Of a stretch of 47,387 nt of DNA, positions 41,534 to 47,387 are shown piece by piece. Source of the stretch: an uncultured cyanobacterium (lineage in GTDB: Bacteria > Cyanobacteriota > Cyanobacteriia > Cyanobacteriales > Microcystaceae); contig CAWEDJ010000079.1 in NCBI GenBank assembly GCA_963807635.1, positions 1 through 47,387 on the forward strand, given 5' to 3'. The translations under genes were made by a program, and so were the position numbers. A model generated the notes under the pieces. The model had not been told where the DNA came from. It saw only the letters and a program-made list of their open reading frames with translations, and ran no database searches. How positions within the stretch are numbered: position 1 is the first letter of the stretch; each line of letters opens with the position of its first letter.

Positions 41534-42900
41534 ATGAAACCATCAGGCTGGGATGAATTTCTCCAAGAAATTATTCATGATTATGATTTACATGGCAAAC
41601 TCAAGGAAGTTTTCTTGGTTCGCTTTGCCTACGAGAATTGGCGTAAATCGGATTTAGAAATCTGGGAATTAGCCGAAGCCGCGAGTCATGAAACCTATAA
41701 AAAGCAAATGACTCAAATTTATAGTTATTTTGCTAAAGATAAACCCAATGGCTGTCCTGAACTCGATCCTTCTAGTAAGGGGCCTGGTAAATTTCAAATT
41801 TTGCGAGAATGGTTTAAGGATATTAAATATCCCGATTGGCAGAACGCGATCGCCGATAGTTCACCTGTTTTACCGCAATTTAAAACGAGTGCAACCCAGG
41901 CAGATCAAAGTCTTTATATTCCTCGTCCACCAATTGAAACAGACTGTTTGCAAGAGATTGTCAAATCAGGATCATTAATTCGCATTAAAGCTCCCGAAAA
42001 AACAGGAAAAACAGCTTTAATTAAATTAATTCTGAATCAAGTTAAAGCGTCCAATTATCAAACAGTTTATCTCAATTTACAGACGGCTGAATCGGCTATG
42101 TTTAGTAGTTTAGATAAATTTTTACGCTGGTTTTGTGCCAATATTAGTCGAGAATTAGGAATAAAACCCCAACTAGATGATTATTGGGATGAAGAACTAT
42201 TTGGTAGTTTGGTCAGTTGTAAAACCTATTTTCAAAGTCACTTATTAGAGCAGATTAATCAGCCTTTAGTTTTAGGGTTAGATAATTTAGACCGAGTATT
42301 TGATTATGGAGACATTGCCCAGGATTTTTTACCCATGTTACGTTATTGGCACGAAGAAGCCAATAATCTTCCCGTCTGGCAAAATCTAGAGATTAATTAT
42401 TGCCAATTCTACGGAAGTTTATATTAAATTAGATGCCAATCAATCTCCTTTTAATGTGGGACGACAAATAAAGTTACCTGGATTTACTTTAGAGCAGGTT
42501 AATATTTTAGCGAATAGTTATCAAATTTCTGAAGTCAATCCACAAGCATTACAGTCCTTTCTCACGAATTTAATTGAATTAGTGGGTGGGCATCCCTATC
42601 TCGTTCGATTGGCATTAAATGCCCTACAAGATGCTAAAATTTCTCCCGAAAAGTTATTAACAGACGCTCCGACCCAGGGAGGAATTTATGCTTCCCATTT
42701 GCGCCATTATTGGAATAATTTACAGTCTTCTTCTGGGTTGATAGAGGCTATGAAACTAGTGGTTAATACAACAACTCCTGTTAAGTTAGAACCCGCGATC
42801 GCTTACCGTTTAGAAAGTATGGGATTAATCACCTTAATAGGCGATGAAGCTAAGGCCCAGTTGTCCCCTTTATCAACTTTATTTTCAAGATAATCTTTGA
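41534..42900 (+). CDS. AAA_35 NTPase with unknown N-terminal domain (frameshifts at about 42379 and 42857)
   Basis: Walker A APEKTGKT, Walker B LGLDNLD. Shifted frames restore LRLIIANSTEVYIKLDANQSPFNVG and the C-term SCPLYQLYFQDNL*. Confidence 0.87.
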
Positions 42901-42927
42901 CAAAATGGGTGAATCTTGTGCTTGGTT

Positions 42928-42951
42928 GACGGGCAAGATGCCCATCCCACA
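42928..42951. repeat. REP-like hairpin
   Basis: GACGGGCAAGATGCCCATCCCACA with a GGGCA-aga-TGCCC stem, a common cyanobacterial intergenic repeat. Confidence 0.65.
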
Positions 42952-42996
42952 TTTTAGATTTAATTTCCATTAGCTACTTACAAGATGGTAATCATC

Positions 42997-44668
42997 TTAA
43001 CGATGAAAACTATAAATGGTTTGGGTTTGTAAATTATCACAAATTAAGGCTGGTTTATCAGTAAACGTAAACTTCTTTCGGTCTAGGATGACCTGCAAGC
43101 CCATCATGGGATCATCTCCGCCAGAGATTAAAAATTCTAATTGCTCTAGATCTTCCCAACTTGTTAGGGTTTCTAAAATTCCGATGATCGCCTTCAAATA
43201 GGGATTCTCAGATTCTTGATACCAATGGGGAGAAGTGGCATTGCCCTGGTCTAGTCCTAAGTGAAAAATGAGAGAGGATTGGTCAAATAAAGCGATCGCC
43301 ACAGGTCTAACTTCTTCCTGTAATAAAAGCTGACTCGGACGAATCAAAAACCGTAATTTTTCCAGCTTTTCACATCGTTCAGTAACAGTGGAAATTTTAG
43401 GTCGCCATATCAATGCGATCGTGATCAAATAGGTCTGCAATAACAAATGCCCCAATTTTTCGGCTTTTGTGGTCAAATAACCAGCATTATAATTATTGGC
43501 TTCAATTAACAAAGGAACCCTATCGACTACTTCCAAACCGTAACCCTTTAAGCCCGCAATTTTACGGGGATTATTGGTGATCAGTCGAATTTTTTTGACT
43601 CCTAAATCATTCAACATCTGTGCTCCCATGCCGTAATCCCGTAGATCGGCGGGAAATCCTAACCGTTCATTGGCTTCCACCGTATCAAAGCCCATATCTT
43701 GTAGGGAATAGGCTTTTAGTTTATTGACTAAACCAATACCCCGTCCCTCCTGTCGTAAATAAACCACGACCCCTAATCCATGATTGTCCAACATTTTCAG
43801 AGCTGCTTGTAACTGCATCTGGCAATCACACCGCAAGGAACCCAGGGCATCCCCTGTCAAACATTCTGAGTGCATCCTCACCATGACAGGGCGATCGGCA
43901 AAGTCTGCTAAATTTCCTTTAACAATGGCAATATGTTCGGTTTGGTCTAATAAATTCCGATAGGCATAAATTTTAAAGGCCCCCATATTGACTCGGAAAA
44001 TCACAGACTGTTTCTCTGACCACAAAGCGATCGTGCTGGAGACGATAACTAATTAAATCGGCGATACTAATCAGTTTTAATTGGTGTTTTTGGGCATATT
44101 CAAATAATTGGGGCAAACGAGCCATTGAGCCATCGGCATTTTGAATTTCACAAATTACTCCCGCAGGATACAAACCCGCTAATCGAGAGAGATCCACCGC
44201 CGCTTCCGTATGACCAGCCCGTTTTAAAACACCTCCTGCCTTGGCGCGGATGGGAAAAATATGTCCAGGACGAGTCAAGTCATCAGGATGGGTGCTAGGA
44301 TTAATGGCGATTTGAATAGTGCGGGCGCGGTCTTCGGCGGAAATGCCCGTTTTCCCGCCCAAACGGGGAGAGGCATCAATACTGACGGTAAAAGCAGTTT
44401 GATTGCTATCGGTATTTTTCGTGACCATCAAGGGTAAATCCAAGCGGTCTAGCCGTTCCCCTGTCATGGCCAAGCAAATTAATCCCCTGGCTTCAACGGC
44501 CATAAAATTAATCATGTCTGGGGTGGCAAACTGGGCGGCACAAATCAAATCCCCTTCATTTTCGCGATTTTCGTCATCAACTACCACGATGGAATGGCCT
44601 GCTTGTATAGCGGCTAGGGCTTCGTCGATGGGATCAAATTGAATACTGAGGGGGGGCGATATTTCCAC
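42997..44668 (-). CDS. ribBA: Bifunctional DHBP synthase / GTP cyclohydrolase II (one extra G at about 43982)
   Basis: [39 protein letters not shown] and LITNNPRK. Removing one G gives [11 protein letters not shown]. Confidence 0.96.
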
Positions 44669-44825
44669 TGGATGTTAAAAAAAATTAGGAGACTCAAGGT
44701 CTATTGTAACCTTTTGTTTCGTTTAAGAATTTTAATGACCTGATCGCAGAAGGTAATTAATTTTTAAAATAGCTGGCTGAACGGCTTACGAATTGACTTT
44801 AATCCATAAATCTGTCAAAATTTGT

Positions 44826-44855
44826 CTTAATCAGAGTTTTACCGTTTCTTAAACT
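44826..44855 (+). promoter_or_regulatory. Pho box (SphR/PhoB site) upstream of phoX
   Basis: Three 8-mers at 11-bp period: CTTAATCA-gag-TTTTACCG-ttt-CTTAAACT (consensus PyTTAAPyPy(T/A)). TGCTACGTT -10-like element follows. Confidence 0.75.
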
Positions 44856-44927
44856 AATCTTGCTACGTTTAGAGAAGGAGTTAACTATCTCCAAAACAAT
44901 TTTAAAAAATTAGTAGTTAGATAAAAT

Positions 44928-47150
44928 ATGACAATCAAACGGAGAGATTTCCTAACGTTTCTGGGCGGTATTAGTGGAGCAGTTCTATTAGATTCAATTC
45001 CCCACGATCGTCGATTTTCCATGCCTTTTTGGGGAGTTGACACTGGTAATACCGCTTTGGCGGCAAATTCCACTAATCTCAGTTTTAAACCCATTAAAGG
45101 CACGATGCCCTTAAAAACAGATGGAATTGCTATTTCAAAACAAAGCCAATTTTACAAAAATTTTACAGTCATCGACGATCTGGTTCTGCCCGAAGGATTT
45201 GTCTATGATGTAATTGCAACTTGGGGAGATAGGGTTGGAGATTCCCGTTTTGGTTACAATAATGATTATTTATCTCTGGTTGAAACCGCTAAAAATGAAG
45301 GCTATTTAACCGTTAATTTTGAATATATTAGTAGTATTCCCTGGGAACAAGCCTATACTAAAGTGATTGAAAAATATTTACCTATTACTGAAGTGATATC
45401 TGCCATCAAAGCCTTAGATAAAAAAGATATTGATGCCTGGGCCTTGCCCGCGAATGATCCGCTTAAAGCAAAAATTGAGTTAATTACTAAAGAAGCATTG
45501 ATTGATCTGGGGATTGGAGTAATTTCGATTCGTCGTAATGCAGATGGAAAATGGGAGCGGACTAATTCTCAAGCCGATCGCCGTGTAACGGGAATTTCTG
45601 GTTTAGAAGATGGTCGTTATTTGAAGACAACGGGCCCTGCTGTGGCGATTTTCCAGAAAAAGCAGGGTTTGGGTTATACGGACTCCTTGGGCGATCGCGT
45701 TATTGGCACTTTCAACAACTGTGCAGGGGGAACAACGCCTTGGGGAACGGTCTTTAGCGCAGAAGAAAATTTTCAAAATTTTGTCCCAGAACCCGTTATG
45801 GCCGATGGAACGTCCTTTGATCCTAGTCAAAAGAAATTTAGCCAGAGTGAAGGCGAGTTAAATGGTTTGGGTAATGTTTTCGGTTTAGCGGGCAATAAAT
45901 ATGGCTGGATGGTAGAAATCGATCCAGCAAATGCCAATGATTACGGCACTAAACACACCTGGTTAGGACGTTATCGCCATGAAGCGGTGGGAATTCGAGC
46001 AGAAGCAGGTAAAAACCTCGTATTTTATTCAGGTTGCGATCGCCGAGGTGGACATCTTTATAAATTTGTGAGCAAAGGAATGATTAAAGATCCCCAAGAT
46101 AAAAGCAATTCTAAACTATTAGAATCAGGGATGCTTTATGCCGCAAAATTTAATGAAGATGGGACAGGGAATTGGATTCCTTTAAAAGCTTCTACACCGA
46201 TTAATCCCCATTCTATTGAAGTATTAGCAGGAAAAATGTTGCCCCTACCACAACGTCCCGAAGGGGGTATTTTTAAGGCAACAAAAGCGGAAGAAATTGC
46301 TGAATTTAAGTCTAAATTTAAAATCCTGGGGGATCTTTATCTTGGCAGTGATGCTGAAAAACAAGGAGCGATTCTGATAGATGCCCACTATGCGGGGAAT
46401 GCCGTCGGAGCCACCTGTACCGCCCGTCCCGAAGATACAAAAGTTGCAACCGATGGTTCTTTGTTTATTACCTTTACATCAGGTTCGATTAGTTCTAGTG
46501 ATGGTAGCCCCGATCTAAGAATATTTAAAGGTTCTGACGGTAAAGCTTTAGAATATGGCTGGATTATGCGATTAAATGAAGACGGTAATAAACCTGACGC
46601 GATGGATTTCAAATGGGTTATGATGGCGACTGGTGGAGAGCCTGCCGATGGCGGTTTCGGCTTTTCTAATCCTGATAACTTGGCGATCGACCGAGGGGGC
46701 AATCTTTGGATGGTGACAGATATTTCCAGCGATAAATATAATCAAGCGGTTCCCAGTCGTAAAGATGAGTCGAATAAAACCGTTAGTCAATCTAATTTGC
46801 GCGGCTTATTTGGCAATAGTTCAATTTGGTTTCTCCCGACTTCGGGTGTGGATCAAGGGAAGGCTTTTCTGTTTGGATTTGGGCCGATGGAATGCGAAAC
46901 AACGGGGCCATTTTTTTCGCAGGATCAACAGACGTTATTTCTGTCAGTACAACACCCAGGAGAAATTAACGGTACGCGCCAAGAGATGAAGAGTGAAACA
47001 CGAGAATTTGCTATGCAAACGACTAATGGTCAACCGTTCATGCAAACCCGTCAAGTGCCTATCGGTTCAAATTGGCCTAGTCTTAAACCTAATGATCCGC
47101 CTAAACCTGCTGTGGTTGCTATTCGTAAAATTGACAAGAGTTTAATATAA
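44928..47150 (+). CDS. phoX: Tat-exported alkaline phosphatase PhoX (DUF839)
   Basis: KRRDFL Tat motif, FGYNNDY, NCAGGTTPWGTVFSAEEN, GRYRHEA, NPDNL, ETTGP and SVQHPGE. Confidence 0.95.
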   Translation: MTIKRRDFLTFLGGISGAVLLDSIPHDRRFSMPFWGVDTGNTALAANSTNLSFKPIKGTMPLKTDGIAISKQSQFYKNFTVIDDLVLPEGFVYDVIATWGDRVGDSRFGYNNDYLSLVETAKNEGYLTVNFEYISSIPWEQAYTKVIEKYLPITEVISAIKALDKKDIDAWALPANDPLKAKIELITKEALIDLGIGVISIRRNADGKWERTNSQADRRVTGISGLEDGRYLKTTGPAVAIFQKKQGLGYTDSLGDRVIGTFNNCAGGTTPWGTVFSAEENFQNFVPEPVMADGTSFDPSQKKFSQSEGELNGLGNVFGLAGNKYGWMVEIDPANANDYGTKHTWLGRYRHEAVGIRAEAGKNLVFYSGCDRRGGHLYKFVSKGMIKDPQDKSNSKLLESGMLYAAKFNEDGTGNWIPLKASTPINPHSIEVLAGKMLPLPQRPEGGIFKATKAEEIAEFKSKFKILGDLYLGSDAEKQGAILIDAHYAGNAVGATCTARPEDTKVATDGSLFITFTSGSISSSDGSPDLRIFKGSDGKALEYGWIMRLNEDGNKPDAMDFKWVMMATGGEPADGGFGFSNPDNLAIDRGGNLWMVTDISSDKYNQAVPSRKDESNKTVSQSNLRGLFGNSSIWFLPTSGVDQGKAFLFGFGPMECETTGPFFSQDQQTLFLSVQHPGEINGTRQEMKSETREFAMQTTNGQPFMQTRQVPIGSNWPSLKPNDPPKPAVVAIRKIDKSLI

Positions 47151-47387
47151 GCTCAAGTTAGGTTTAAGGAATAAGATTGTGGTTGTTTTTCGATGTATTG
47201 CTTAAATTTTGTCAGCGATCGCGTTATCCAAATCCTGAAATAAAGAAACGCGATCGCATTTTTAAAGTGTAATCAACAAGAAGACGGCGATCGCAGAGGT
47301 TTTATAAAAAATATTAGTTTTTTTTCTGTAAAATAATCTATAAAATCAGGCGATCACACAGCAAAAGCAGGAATCACATTGTATAAT

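Overview
This is a cyanobacterial chromosome segment: the HIP1 octamer GCGATCGC is frequent, and rbcS, petG, plqA and PatA-type regulators are present. The gene set looks like a unicellular Synechocystis-like lineage (inference). Housekeeping genes are rbcX (3' end), rbcS, tsaB, fabH, plsX, plqA, tsaE, petG (missed by the ORF track), pyrE, ispD, an ECF T component, ribBA and phoX with a Pho box. Signalling genes are a GAF-PAS-PAS-GAF histidine kinase, a complete PatA-CheY-CheW-MCP-CheA taxis operon, a second patA copy with a homologous promoter, and three AAA_35/STAND-like NTPases (one fused to CHASE2). Accessory DNA includes an intact IS630 inside a penicillin/AHL-acylase gene, a DUF29 cassette, and a HIP1-bounded islet at about 14.0-17.4 kb. 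The islet holds BrnT/BrnA, a decayed DUF559 nuclease and an AT-rich DUF262 + HEPN pair, which is the best candidate for a poorly described defence system. Many conserved genes are broken by single-base indels or substitutions next to GGCC or CCWGG. These are most likely methylation-driven long-read errors, not real pseudogenes. No rRNA, tRNA or CRISPR array was seen. All family calls come from motif recognition by eye; no searches were run.
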